DNA of 64,000 bases. It comes from an uncultured Bacteroidota bacterium. Its GTDB lineage: Bacteria; Bacteroidota; Bacteroidia; Chitinophagales; Chitinophagaceae. The position numbers were made by a program, and so were the translations under genes. The number at the start of each line of letters is the position of its first letter. Positions within the stretch are counted from its first letter, which is position 1. Shown here piece after piece: positions 9,439-20,245 of the stretch. The stretch lies in contig CAVUHS010000002.1 in NCBI GenBank assembly GCA_963741345.1, forward strand, positions 260,003 through 324,002, in the 5' to 3' direction. The notes under the pieces were generated by a model. That model saw only the letters and a program-made list of their open reading frames with translations, ran no database searches and was not told the origin of the DNA.

Positions 9439-10938
9439 TTAAAAACCCTGTATCTCTGGCTGCCTGTATTTCCATATACGGTGCATCAGTTTAATTTCAT
9501 ACGGATATTTATGCATATTGATATTATACCTGATTCCGGCAATCATGCGCATGGCCCTGCGTTTGAAATTGCTTAACCGTATATCAGTAACGGTTGGATA
9601 ATATCCGTTCAATACCGTTTCGAAGTTTTTGATTTTATCTATCATCGCCGGGGTTAGCCAGGGAGTTAGCGGATTTTTTCTGAGGTCAAAATTTTCCCAG
9701 GCGGGGCTAATCCAGTCTTCCAGCTTTTCAGGAAACTTAAATCCCCTGGCCAGGGCCTGGTTATAAAGATCAGAACCCTCGGTGGCTACCGGGCTATAGG
9801 TGTACAGGACAATTTCTGTTCCGGGATTGATCCTTTTTATTTTCTTGATAAAGTTTATTTCAAAATCAATCTGGGCTTCCACCTCTTCCGGTGTCGGGGC
9901 TGGTGTTCCCAAAACAAATGAATACTCCGGAATAATATCGAATTTTTTCAGTCTTTCTGCAAACGCAAGAATCTGGTCTCCCGTTTGAGTTCCGCCCTTG
10001 TCCATTTGCTTCAGTATGGCATTATTACCACTTTCAGCCCCAAAGAAAATAATCTTACAGCCTGCCTCCCTGATCAGGGCGAGCGATGAGTCCCTGAACT
10101 TGTGCATGGTATCAATTCGGGCCATACCCCACCAGTTCATTTTTTCAGGCAGGATCAGGTTCGCAAATTCAACTGTTCGTCTTTCAGATACAAAGAAATT
10201 ATTGTCATGAAATTCAATCGCATCCGCACCCCATTTGTATTTGATGTACCGGATATCATTGTATATTTTCTTTGCTGATTTTGCCTTCCATCTCGCCTCA
10301 TAAGTCGGCACAACCGCACAGAATGAACAGGTAAAGGGGCAACCGATACTGGAATGATATGCAAGCGTTTTTTGTCCCAGGTAAGTTTTACCAAGGTATT
10401 TCTCCATCGAATAAAACTCATTCAGCTTATTATAAGGGAGTTCGGGCAAATCATCCTGTTCGATGAGATCTTCTTTCTTTGTTTTAATAATTTGTTCCCC
10501 GGACTTATAAATCAGGTTTTTTATTAGTTCATAAGGTTTATTATTCTCCAATGCATCTATAAGGGCCGGAAAACAATGGTCGCCCGGCCCATTGATGACA
10601 AAATCCACATAACCGGAATTGAGCGCCACCTTATATTGATTCGTTGGAAAATATCCGCCCCAGATAATGGTGATTCCCGGAAAATATTCCCTGATCATTC
10701 GGGAGAAAGGAATCGCCTGTTTTAACTGAGGTCCCGGCATTACAGTGATACCGACATATTTAAACTGATCCGTCTCCAGGTATTCTGCAATTCTGGCCAT
10801 TGGATCCAATTCCCGGTTACCGTCTACAATCACCCATGGATATTTGCCCTCTACGGAAGCTGCGATGTTCAAAATAGAGTTCGGTACGCGGAACTTTGCG
10901 TAGGCGGATCTTGGATTGAATAATAAAATCCTGTTCAT
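9439..10938 (-). CDS. Cobalamin-binding radical SAM enzyme
   Basis: IIWGGYFPT B12-domain motif; SIGCPFTCSFC; FGAESG. Confidence 0.92.
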   Translation of the reverse strand: MNRILLFNPRSAYAKFRVPNSILNIAASVEGKYPWVIVDGNRELDPMARIAEYLETDQFKYVGITVMPGPQLKQAIPFSRMIREYFPGITIIWGGYFPTNQYKVALNSGYVDFVINGPGDHCFPALIDALENNKPYELIKNLIYKSGEQIIKTKKEDLIEQDDLPELPYNKLNEFYSMEKYLGKTYLGQKTLAYHSSIGCPFTCSFCAVVPTYEARWKAKSAKKIYNDIRYIKYKWGADAIEFHDNNFFVSERRTVEFANLILPEKMNWWGMARIDTMHKFRDSSLALIREAGCKIIFFGAESGNNAILKQMDKGGTQTGDQILAFAERLKKFDIIPEYSFVLGTPAPTPEEVEAQIDFEINFIKKIKRINPGTEIVLYTYSPVATEGSDLYNQALARGFKFPEKLEDWISPAWENFDLRKNPLTPWLTPAMIDKIKNFETVLNGYYPTVTDIRLSNFKRRAMRMIAGIRYNINMHKYPYEIKLMHRIWKYRQPEIQGF

Positions 10939-11088
10939 AGCATTTCACGGAGAAATATGGCCCCGTTTCATGATACGGCCAATATCCCCGGCTGGTTGCA
11001 ATAACCCTAATAAATGACAGAAATACAACCTATTCCACCCTGTTTCCGTATACACAAAGAAGAAGTCTTATTCAACCAGGTCATAATT

Positions 11089-11835
11089 ATGATAGCAACC
11101 ATTAAAAACTTCCTGCAGAGGGCCGTTTTCCCGGAAATCGCCAGGAATCCGGTACAGGCTTATGAAATTTGGTCTGAGACCTATGATCAGCAGCCAGGTA
11201 ACCTCATGCTTGACCTGGATGAAGAAATCTTTACAAACCTGATAGAAGATACTGATCTTAGGAATAAGGGGGTGGCTGATATAGGTTGCGGTACGGGAAG
11301 GCATTGGAGAAAAATATATCAAAAACAGCCGGCCTTTCTGATGGGGTTTGATGTCTCCCAGGGAATGCTTAAGCAGCTTTTGCGGAAATACCCCGCTGCC
11401 CTGACTCAACATATTACAGATAATTCGCTGAAACAGGTGCCCGATGAATTTATCGATTGCCTGGTAACAACCCTTACGATTGCCCATATTGAAAACATAG
11501 AGGTAGCCATTGCGGCCTGGTCAAGAGTATTAAAATCCGGGGGGGATCTCATTATAACAGATTTTCACCCTGAGATGCTTGCAAACGGTGGTAAACGAAG
11601 TTTCTCACACGAAGGCAGGAGTCTGTCTGTGGTCAATTTTATTCACCCGCTTGAAAAGTTAAAGAAAATTTTTACAAAATATGAACTGACCATTTTAAGG
11701 ACGGAGGAAAGAAAAGTGGATCAATCAGTGAAAATTTACTATGAATCTCAGGGTGCAATGACAGTATTTAACCGTTTTTTCGGTATCCCCATCATTTATG
11801 GAATCCATTTAAAGAAATCCCGTGAAGCTGAATAG
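11089..11835 (+). CDS. Class I SAM-dependent methyltransferase (BioC-like)
   Basis: VADIGCGTGR; RVLKSGGDLIITDFHP; start 11089 or 11014. Confidence 0.88.
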   Translation: MIATIKNFLQRAVFPEIARNPVQAYEIWSETYDQQPGNLMLDLDEEIFTNLIEDTDLRNKGVADIGCGTGRHWRKIYQKQPAFLMGFDVSQGMLKQLLRKYPAALTQHITDNSLKQVPDEFIDCLVTTLTIAHIENIEVAIAAWSRVLKSGGDLIITDFHPEMLANGGKRSFSHEGRSLSVVNFIHPLEKLKKIFTKYELTILRTEERKVDQSVKIYYESQGAMTVFNRFFGIPIIYGIHLKKSREAE

Positions 11836-13009
11836 CCTGTTCCTGGTAAATGAAAGCCAGCCTGTGAATATTACAGTTCACGGTGAAAAAATTGTGGCGA
11901 TCTATAACGACAATGATACAGGAACATCCGATCCATATCAAATAAATTTCTCAAATGCTGTGGCGATTCCTGGTCTCATTAATTCCCACGATCACCTGGA
12001 TTTCAATTGCTTCCCGGTGTATGGTGATAAAATTTACAATAACTATACAGAATGGGGCAGGCATATTCACAAAGAATTTGGCGATCCCATAAAAGCTGTA
12101 CTTCATATCCCGCAAAACCTCCGGGCGACCTGGGGTATGTATAAAAATTTACTGGCAGGGGTGACTACTGTGATTAATCACGGTAAATTTCTGAATATTG
12201 AAAATCCGCTGATCCATATTTACCAGGAGTTACAGAATATTCATTCGGTGCAGTTTGAGAAGAATTGGAAATGGAAACTGAATAATCCCCTGTTTCTATC
12301 CAAAGATTGTGTTGTACATGCCGGTGAAGGTTCGGATACACGATCCTCCAGGGAAATTGACTTATTAATAAAATACAATCTGCTGAAAAAAAACCTGATA
12401 GGGGTTCATGGCGTGGCAATGAATAAAGAACAGGCCAAATATTTTAAGGCACTTGTATGGTGCCCCGAATCAAACCGTGTATTATTAGATGCTCATGCGC
12501 CTATTGCAAAACTAAAAAAAAGTACCCGGATAGTTTTCGGCACAGATTCAACGCTCACCGGCAACTGGAATATCTGGAATCATTTGCGAGTGGCCAAATC
12601 ACTCGAACAAGTGAGCGACTCCGAATTGTACGATATGGTTACCCGTTCGCCCGCCGATCTATGGAACCTCAACAAGGGCAAACTGAAGCCAAAAAAAGAT
12701 GCCGATATTGTAATCGTGAAGAAGAAAAACGCTCACCCGGATTTGAGCGGGCTGTTTAAATCAAATCCGGAAGATATACTCATGATTATTCAGCAGGGAA
12801 ATATCAGGCTATTTGATAAATGTTTACTGGGGCAATTCAATTCCCTGCCCATCGACCTTAACCGTTTCAGTCAGATTAAAATGAAGGGGAATGAAAAATT
12901 TGTTGAAGGTAATCTGCCGCAACTGATCTCCTCCATTAAATCTTATCATCCTGCAGTCCGGTTTCCCGTGGGGGTTTTTGAACCCCTGATGCATGTCGAT
13001 TATGATTAA
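11822..13009 (+). CDS. Metal-dependent amidohydrolase family protein
   Basis: PGLINSHDHL, VHAGEG, VHGV, GTDS and KDADIV motifs. Confidence 0.88.
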   Translation: MKLNSLFLVNESQPVNITVHGEKIVAIYNDNDTGTSDPYQINFSNAVAIPGLINSHDHLDFNCFPVYGDKIYNNYTEWGRHIHKEFGDPIKAVLHIPQNLRATWGMYKNLLAGVTTVINHGKFLNIENPLIHIYQELQNIHSVQFEKNWKWKLNNPLFLSKDCVVHAGEGSDTRSSREIDLLIKYNLLKKNLIGVHGVAMNKEQAKYFKALVWCPESNRVLLDAHAPIAKLKKSTRIVFGTDSTLTGNWNIWNHLRVAKSLEQVSDSELYDMVTRSPADLWNLNKGKLKPKKDADIVIVKKKNAHPDLSGLFKSNPEDILMIIQQGNIRLFDKCLLGQFNSLPIDLNRFSQIKMKGNEKFVEGNLPQLISSIKSYHPAVRFPVGVFEPLMHVDYD

Positions 13010-14105
13010 GGTTATAGATATTGTTTATTATTCCTACAATACAATCACAGATCCCGGTGTGGTCCTGGATAGGCATGCTCCTTCTCTGGGATTTGCGAAT
13101 TTTATCCCGGAAGAAATAAGGATGGAATTTATAATACACATGAATCATGAGGGTTTCGAAAAAATCGGGGGAAATAACTATGCTTTCTTCAAAAGCCGAA
13201 ACCGGTTCTGGTATATTCCGTTTAAGACACATCACTACATTAAAAGAAAAGGTCCGGACATTGTAATTGTGGAAGGTCTTGGATTTCCCCTGCAGGTTAT
13301 ATTCTTAAAATGGCTCCTGGGAAAAAAATGCCGGATTTTTGTTCAACATCATGGCGAAAAACCATTGACGGGGATAAAAGGGCTGCTACAGAAGCAGGCC
13401 GATAAAAGTGTTCACCGTTACCTGTTCACGTCATTACAAAATGGAACTGAATGGGTCAATAAGAGAATAATTCGTAACGCCGGAAAATGCAAAGAGGTTC
13501 TTGAAGCATCTACTCATTTCAAAAGACTGGACAAATCAAAATGCCAGGCCAGACTTGGTATATCAGGGAACTACAATCTTTTGTGGGTTGGGAGGCTCAA
13601 CAGTAACAAAGATCCGATGACGGTGCTGAACGCATTTAGAAAATTCGGACTTTATCATCCGAACGCCAGGCTTTATATGATTTTCCAGGAAGAAGACCTT
13701 CTGGAAGAAATAAATGCTAAAATACGCCAGAGCGTTGTGCTGGAAGACGCAGTAAAACTGGTAGGAAGAATTGCTCATAATGAACTGGTCTATTGGTACA
13801 GTGCAATCAATTTCTATATCTCCGGAAGCCATAAAGAAGGAAGCGGCTACGCTTTACTTGAAGCCATGGCCTGCGGTTGTATTCCGGTTGTCACCTCTAT
13901 TCCCCCCTTTGAAAAAATTACATCTTTTGGTAAATATGGATTTCTATACCCTCCTGGTGACGATAGTGCCCTGACCTTACAGCTGGAAAGTCTTTATTCC
14001 CTCGACATAGAATCCTTTCGAAAGAAAGTGGAAAATTGGTTCCGTGATAATCTTAGTTTTAAAAATATCGCCACCAGCCTTGAACAGGTTTTCACTCAAT
14101 TATAA
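12993..14105 (+). CDS. Glycosyltransferase family 4
   Basis: WVGRLNSNKD; EGSGYALLEAMACG (EX7E). Confidence 0.9.
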   Translation: MSIMIKVIDIVYYSYNTITDPGVVLDRHAPSLGFANFIPEEIRMEFIIHMNHEGFEKIGGNNYAFFKSRNRFWYIPFKTHHYIKRKGPDIVIVEGLGFPLQVIFLKWLLGKKCRIFVQHHGEKPLTGIKGLLQKQADKSVHRYLFTSLQNGTEWVNKRIIRNAGKCKEVLEASTHFKRLDKSKCQARLGISGNYNLLWVGRLNSNKDPMTVLNAFRKFGLYHPNARLYMIFQEEDLLEEINAKIRQSVVLEDAVKLVGRIAHNELVYWYSAINFYISGSHKEGSGYALLEAMACGCIPVVTSIPPFEKITSFGKYGFLYPPGDDSALTLQLESLYSLDIESFRKKVENWFRDNLSFKNIATSLEQVFTQL

Positions 14106-15152
14106 AGAGCAAGTAGCTTTTTACAGCAATCGTCCATGGGATAAGTCAGGACCGGATCGTGGCTAAGATTTTTCGATTCCAGCAACTCTTTCACTTTCAT
14201 TTCCATTTCCTCTTTTGTTTTTACAACGTACTGGTTATCGAATCCCGAATTCATGGGCTGGCAATAACTTACTACGACTGCGCCGGCATAAAGCGCTTCT
14301 GCACATACCATTCCAAATCCTTCATAGGAAGATGGATGCAAAAAAAGTTTTGAGCGTTGCATGTATTCCAAAACCTTTCCATGATTCAGCTCCCCTACCA
14401 GTTTAACATGATCGCCCAATTCAAATTGCCGGATCAGTTGTTCCAGTTTAACCCGCTCGGGCCCATCACCACAGATGACCGTCCTGATATCAGGTTTGGA
14501 ATGGATAAGACCGGCAACAAGTTTTATAAACTGGTCATATTGCTTTAATGGTATCAGCGAACCGGCACCCAGGATATCAATGTCCCTCTCCCCGCTATCA
14601 GCAGTGAAAAGTGTAAGATCCAAACCGGGAGGAATAGTATATGCAGGCCTCATCTTATAGTTCCTGAAAAATTCCTCCGATATAAAATCCGATAATGCGA
14701 TGAGAGATTCCATTCCGGGGTTTATAATTGAAACATAGCGATTTCCCTTTTTTGCATCCTGGCCCAGAATCCATGTATATGATCTGAGATGATATTTTTT
14801 TGCCGCATATTTTGCAAGAAGAGCACATTCACCCAGCCAAAAACTTAATATCCCGATCACATTTTTCTCCCGCATGATTTTTCTGATCCTTTTCCAGATG
14901 GTTACCCACAACAAAAGACGGTTAATTTTCCCCCGGTTTCTTCCATTAAAGGCATGAACTTCTATGTCATGCCATTTGTACACACCGAGCCGAAAAAGGA
15001 TACTGAAAGGCCAGTACGATAATATTCAATGAGGAATTCAATTGCTTCAGGTTCTTAACGAAGGATTGCGGAAACGGCACACAGGTACTGTCTTCTTCGT
15101 TTTCCGGAAAACCCGGTATCAATATAATCAATGTCTGTTCAAGAGGACTCAT
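14096..15152 (-). CDS. Glycosyltransferase family 4, split by a +1 frameshift near 14987
   Basis: ORFs 14967-15152 and 14096-14983 join as QYPFSA-GVYKWHD if one base is removed; EGFGMVCAEA motif; ~351 aa reconstructed. Confidence 0.82.
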
Positions 15153-16806
15153 CCAAAACTATTTTCCGGTTACAATAAGGCAACGCCGTCATACTGTGTG
15201 TAATCAGAATAACGATCTTGTCCCGGGTTGCAATTTTCTGAAGCTCCTTCAGCATTTGTATTTCTGAGGGTTCATCCAGCTCATTAAATGGTTCATCCAA
15301 AATCAGCAGGTCAAAATCCCTGTAAAGGGCCCGCGCAAAGATGAAGCGCTGCCTTTGGCCGCCACTTAAATTTTTACCGTTTTCCGTAATTACCGTTTCC
15401 AACCCATTGGGAAATTCTTTAATCAGTTTATCGATACCAGTAATCATTGAAATTTTTTCTATTCTCTCCCTGTCTGGAGGCTCTTCCTGTAGTGTTATGT
15501 TTTCTTTTATGGATGCATGAAGAAAAAAATGCTGCTGTTTTATATATGATATGCTTCCCCAATAACTTTTTCTCTCAGTTGCATCAGCCAGTTTCCCATT
15601 TATATAAATACAGCCTGCTTCCGGCTCCAAAAATCCAAGCAGGAGATTTATCAATGTTGTTTTTCCTTTCCCTGAACTGCCGGTTATTCCGATCATATCG
15701 CCTCTATTCATCTTTAATGAAAAAGACCTCAGAATGTTCTTATCATTAAAACTGAAATAAATATTTTCAAGGCCGATAGACGAAATAGGTAATCCTTTTC
15801 CCGGATTCTTAAAGAACTGATCGCCTTCCTTACTTAAACCTCTGGTAGTATATGAATAGGTTTTAACCTGGCCAATGGTATTTGTAATCTTCACAATTCC
15901 CGGAATTATTTTGTATGCCGCAACCATCAGCGCACCAATTGTAACCAATTGTATTGATGCGTTATGAGATGTAAAATAATTGATCATTATAAGAACAAAC
16001 AAGCCGAAAACAGCAAATATTTCAATAAACCGGGGAGGCATGCCCTGGATTATCAGCCTCTCAGCAAGATAGTGATTGAGTTGCGACTGGAAGCGGTGGT
16101 ATCGGTTAGTAAAAAAATCGCTTTTCAGATTAATATTGCTTTCAACATAACCAGTCAATGCCTCTTGTAAGTGCTGGATGGATTTCTCACTGGTTTTCTG
16201 CCCGAGCTGTCGGCTGGTGTGCAGCCTGCTTTTCATAAAAAATGAAATAAGGAATACCGGCGGAACCAGGATTAATATTAATAAGGGTAACAACAGCGGA
16301 TTATAAAAAAGTATGGCAATTAGTGTAATTATTATCAGGACCACCTGGCTGAAAATCTGTTGAATACCATTCAAAACATAATGGCAGAATTCAATAGGCT
16401 GTTGGTTTATTTTCCTGTTCATTACAGAGGAATCCACATGCACATAGTCTGAATAGGGCCCGTTCAGATACTGCAACAGGCCGTCCCTGGAAATCCTGGA
16501 TGCAACACGATAAACAAAATTATATTCTCCTTTTAAAACCAGGAATCCCAAAATATTTTTTATCAGGAATAATACGGTAAATAACCCGATCGGAAGGAAC
16601 GGGTAATTTATAAATAACGGGAATGAAATAATATGCGGCAGGACGGCCTTCCCAGGCCTGGTATAATAATCTACCAGCCACAGTAGCGCGATGAGAAACC
16701 CAATATCCAGTATACTGATAAATACGTCTGCAATTGCAAGTTTCCATAGTATTTCTTTCTCACCCGCATTTAAAATTTTGAATATATCTTTCAGAATCTG
16801 CTTCAA
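15139..16806 (-). CDS. ABC exporter, fused permease/ATPase (MsbA/PglK-like)
   Basis: N-terminal TM helices; GSSGKGKT, LSGGQRQR, LLILDEP. Confidence 0.92.
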   Translation of the reverse strand: MKQILKDIFKILNAGEKEILWKLAIADVFISILDIGFLIALLWLVDYYTRPGKAVLPHIISFPLFINYPFLPIGLFTVLFLIKNILGFLVLKGEYNFVYRVASRISRDGLLQYLNGPYSDYVHVDSSVMNRKINQQPIEFCHYVLNGIQQIFSQVVLIIITLIAILFYNPLLLPLLILILVPPVFLISFFMKSRLHTSRQLGQKTSEKSIQHLQEALTGYVESNINLKSDFFTNRYHRFQSQLNHYLAERLIIQGMPPRFIEIFAVFGLFVLIMINYFTSHNASIQLVTIGALMVAAYKIIPGIVKITNTIGQVKTYSYTTRGLSKEGDQFFKNPGKGLPISSIGLENIYFSFNDKNILRSFSLKMNRGDMIGITGSSGKGKTTLINLLLGFLEPEAGCIYINGKLADATERKSYWGSISYIKQQHFFLHASIKENITLQEEPPDRERIEKISMITGIDKLIKEFPNGLETVITENGKNLSGGQRQRFIFARALYRDFDLLILDEPFNELDEPSEIQMLKELQKIATRDKIVILITHSMTALPYCNRKIVLDESS

Positions 16807-16862
16807 ATACCAGAATTGAACTTTAATTTACTATATATTTAAACTATAAGAATACATTTTAT

Positions 16863-18647
16863 ATGTTTTGGAAAACCACAAGACCACTGGCGGCGGTATT
16901 ATTTTTTACTTTGCCTTCTCTTTCTTTCGGCCAGAAACCAGCAGTCGCAGGCGTGGATAACAAAGAATGGATCGTTAAATCGAACAGCTATACCAAAATT
17001 CTGATCGACATTGATGAAAAATATTCTCCTGAATTTGGTTCAGAAGAAGGATTTGCCTTTTACGATTCCCTGGTCGTGGTTCCAACACTTGCGAATATAA
17101 TGGCTCAGCGCAAAGACAGAGAAAAAGCGCTGGTAGAAATTAAGGCAGCCAAGCAGAAGGAACCCAATATCAAGGTAAGGCAGGATCTGGACATCCTGAT
17201 CAATAAAACGGAACTTGGATTCCGGCAGCAGGATTTCGAACTCAATAGTGAGGTAAGCTATTTCAATCCTACCAATACTGTTTACGATGGTATCAGGACA
17301 TTATTGGACGATCAAACCCCTCCTGAACGACGCAAAGCAGCGTCGAGTCGTTTGCGTAAATACGCTGGCCTGCAAACCGGCTATCGGCCAATCACGGCGA
17401 TTTTAAAAGATCGAACGATAAACCAGATACTCAAACCGGGCATGATCTATCCATCGAAACAAAGTATGGAAGTCATTCTGTCCCGCAATTCAAATATGGT
17501 AGATGGCATTCAGGAACTATTTTTAAAATATAAAATCAGCGGCTGGGAAGAATCCTATGCCGCTATAAAAAAACAGCTCGAAGAATATGATAACTGGGTA
17601 AAAGGTAATTTAGTCCCAAAAGGCAGAACGGATTTCAGGTTGCCACCTGAAAAATACAGGCTGAACCTGGAAAACTACGGTATTGATATTCCCCCCGCTG
17701 AGATTGCAAAAATGGCGCATGCTGCATTTAAGGATATACAGGAGCAAATGAAACAGCTTGCTGAGCAGCTTGCAAAAAAATATAACCTGCCAACCTCAGA
17801 CTACCGGGAGGTAATCCGTTTTTTGAAAAAAGATCAGATAATCGGGGATTCTATTCTTCCGCTGTATGAATCTCATCTGGCAGTCATTGAAAATATTATC
17901 AGAAAACAACAACTGGTCACTTTACCGGCACGCCCCGCTATTATTAAGATTGCTACAGCAGCAGAAACAGCCCAACAGCCGGCACCCCACATGGTGCCAC
18001 CGCCTTTTTTGAATAATACCGGGCAGCGGGGTGTTTTTGTATTGCCCCTGAATATGCCACCGGCAGTTGGTGAAAAATTAGACAAATACGATGATTTTAC
18101 TTTTGATGCCGCATCCTGGACCATTATCGCCCATGAAGTGCGTCCCGGTCATGAAATGCAATTCGATAAAATGGTTGAAGAAGGTGTTTCGCAGGCCAGG
18201 GCTCTTTATGCCTTTAACTCGACAAATGTGGAAGGATGGGGTTTGTACTCCGAATATATAACGCTTCCCTATATGCCGGCAGAGGGACAACTGGTCTCCC
18301 TGGACTATCGGTTGTTGCGGGCAGCACGTGCGTTTCTCGATCCTGAATTACAGGCTGGTTCGATTACGCAGCAACAGGCAATGGACGTTCTGATGAATGA
18401 TGTGGTTTCCTCTCACGCATTTGCACAGCAGGAAGTAGAACGTTATACCCTGCGGGCTCCCGGCCAGGCCAACAGTTATTTCTATGGCTTTACAAAGATG
18501 ATTTCGCTTAGAAAGGATACCGAACAGCAACTGGGATTAAAGTTTAATCAGTTACATTTTCATGATTTCGTCCTCTCGCAGGGTATTTTACCTCCTGCCC
18601 TGATTAGGGAAGCCGTTATGGAAGAATTCGTAACCAGAGAAAAATAA
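16863..18647 (+). CDS. DUF885 family protein (putative metallopeptidase)
   Basis: Signal peptide; HEVRPGHEMQ, EGWGLYSE, PGQANSY, FHDFVL motifs. Confidence 0.85.
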   Translation: MFWKTTRPLAAVLFFTLPSLSFGQKPAVAGVDNKEWIVKSNSYTKILIDIDEKYSPEFGSEEGFAFYDSLVVVPTLANIMAQRKDREKALVEIKAAKQKEPNIKVRQDLDILINKTELGFRQQDFELNSEVSYFNPTNTVYDGIRTLLDDQTPPERRKAASSRLRKYAGLQTGYRPITAILKDRTINQILKPGMIYPSKQSMEVILSRNSNMVDGIQELFLKYKISGWEESYAAIKKQLEEYDNWVKGNLVPKGRTDFRLPPEKYRLNLENYGIDIPPAEIAKMAHAAFKDIQEQMKQLAEQLAKKYNLPTSDYREVIRFLKKDQIIGDSILPLYESHLAVIENIIRKQQLVTLPARPAIIKIATAAETAQQPAPHMVPPPFLNNTGQRGVFVLPLNMPPAVGEKLDKYDDFTFDAASWTIIAHEVRPGHEMQFDKMVEEGVSQARALYAFNSTNVEGWGLYSEYITLPYMPAEGQLVSLDYRLLRAARAFLDPELQAGSITQQQAMDVLMNDVVSSHAFAQQEVERYTLRAPGQANSYFYGFTKMISLRKDTEQQLGLKFNQLHFHDFVLSQGILPPALIREAVMEEFVTREK

Positions 18648-18653
18648 AAAACA

Positions 18654-19319
18654 TCACTCTCCGGCATAGGGATCTTTTATTTTTTGTACTTTATAATGAA
18701 TCTCTGAAAATTTTACTTCACATCGAGAGCCGGTGGGTGACTGCGCCAGGAAACCCAGCTTAAAACCCTTCTTAGTGTCAAACTGCAAATGCCTCACCAG
18801 AAGCCATCTTTTCCCATTTGACGAGCTGTATAGAGTTATTACATTCCCGGCCTTCGCCATTTTATAATAAACTTTGGAGGTAGGCATTTCACTTGAATTG
18901 CAATCGTCTGAAATATCTTTCGTTACTACACTGACAACCCTTTTTGCGCCCGTATAATCTTTTTCAAAACAAAATTTAATCCAGTGCAGGCTGTCATCCC
19001 TGATTATTATCGCACCGCCATCCCACTTGCTTGTAAACGCATGTTCAATGGCCATGCTAAGTACAAAGTTTTCGTCACCTTCAAATAAAAGTTTGGGTGC
19101 ATTGTCTGTATTATAGGTTACGTTTGGATCCCTGAACATATCGGTTTTTTCGCCGGCGATGATTATAACCTGATCCTTTTTAATTGAAAAGCTTTGGGGT
19201 TGGTTTTCCCAAAATAATCCTCTGGGAATAGCCGCAATTCTTACAGAATCTGCCTTCTGAGCATTTACTGCCAGGCTGATAAAGAACAACAAGGTTAGAT
19301 ATGAAATAAATCTGTACAT
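18654..19319 (-). CDS. DUF1349 family secreted protein
   Basis: Signal peptide; WIKFCFE, VVSVVT..SDD, GFLAQSPTG. Confidence 0.78.
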   Translation of the reverse strand: MYRFISYLTLLFFISLAVNAQKADSVRIAAIPRGLFWENQPQSFSIKKDQVIIIAGEKTDMFRDPNVTYNTDNAPKLLFEGDENFVLSMAIEHAFTSKWDGGAIIIRDDSLHWIKFCFEKDYTGAKRVVSVVTKDISDDCNSSEMPTSKVYYKMAKAGNVITLYSSSNGKRWLLVRHLQFDTKKGFKLGFLAQSPTGSRCEVKFSEIHYKVQKIKDPYAGE

Positions 19320-19501
19320 GGAATGGATTTTGGTTTAAGAACAGGATCTCCCACATCATAGTTAATGCCCCGCTGTTCCATAATTTCAAAACAGAGATTG
19401 ATCAAATAATCAACTAATATTCAAAACCTATGCCTTAAAACAGTAACTTATCGTCTGAACCCGATAGTTAATACTTTAATTTTTAAACCCCAACAGCTTT
19501 T

Positions 19502-20203
19502 ATGAAGTTCTGCTTATCTGCTTTTGTTTTACTGATGGTGTCTGTGTCCATTTCCTGCGCTCAACCTGTTGCTAATGACGGACTCGCTTCTAAGATATCT
19601 GACAGTCTGGTAAACATCCTTTCTTCCAACTATTCCAAAGCCATCCGGGACAGTATCGTTAGAGATGTAAAAGACAGTCTTCGCTGGGTAAATTTGAAAA
19701 GCACGCTCTTTTATCCCGTTATCAAAAACAGCGAATGGTCTGGCGTCCTACCGGTTAACGGAATCGGGGAAAGACCGGATTCAACTATGAAATACAAATT
19801 ATTATTTAATATGACGCTATGGCCCAAGGATAGTGTCAGTCGAAAAAAGCTAAATGAGGGTCTTGCTGAAATCGGCCGGGTTATTAATCTGCATGTGGCT
19901 GCCGGAGTTCCAAAGGAAAATCTTGAATTGGTTATAGTAATACACGGAGGCGCTCTGAATACTTATCTGAATAATGAAGCTTATCATAAGAAATTTAATG
20001 TGGATAATCCGAACCTGGCCATCCTTAAACAATTTTCGGATCTTCATTCCAGGTTACTTGCCTGTGGACAGGCGGAGCAATTCTTTAGTATCACGGCGGA
20101 AACCATGATTCCCCAGGTAAAAACAGCATTAAGTGCGCAGGTTGTTCTTTCAACCTATCAGTTAAAGGGATATGTATTGTACAATATTCAGGAAGAAAAA
20201 TAA
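19502..20203 (+). CDS. Exported DsrE/DsrF-like protein
   Basis: Possible lipobox ISC; RVINLHVAAGV, VVIHGGA, LLACGQ with conserved Cys. Confidence 0.78.
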   Translation: MKFCLSAFVLLMVSVSISCAQPVANDGLASKISDSLVNILSSNYSKAIRDSIVRDVKDSLRWVNLKSTLFYPVIKNSEWSGVLPVNGIGERPDSTMKYKLLFNMTLWPKDSVSRKKLNEGLAEIGRVINLHVAAGVPKENLELVIVIHGGALNTYLNNEAYHKKFNVDNPNLAILKQFSDLHSRLLACGQAEQFFSITAETMIPQVKTALSAQVVLSTYQLKGYVLYNIQEEK

Positions 20204-20245
20204 TTGTCCTGCGAATTCTGCCCGCTTTAACTCCAGAATTGGATC

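Noticed and set aside
6826-10938. Assigning the B12 radical SAM genes as bchE or hpnP
   Set aside because: No photosynthesis or hopanoid genes in context; the motifs support only a family-level call
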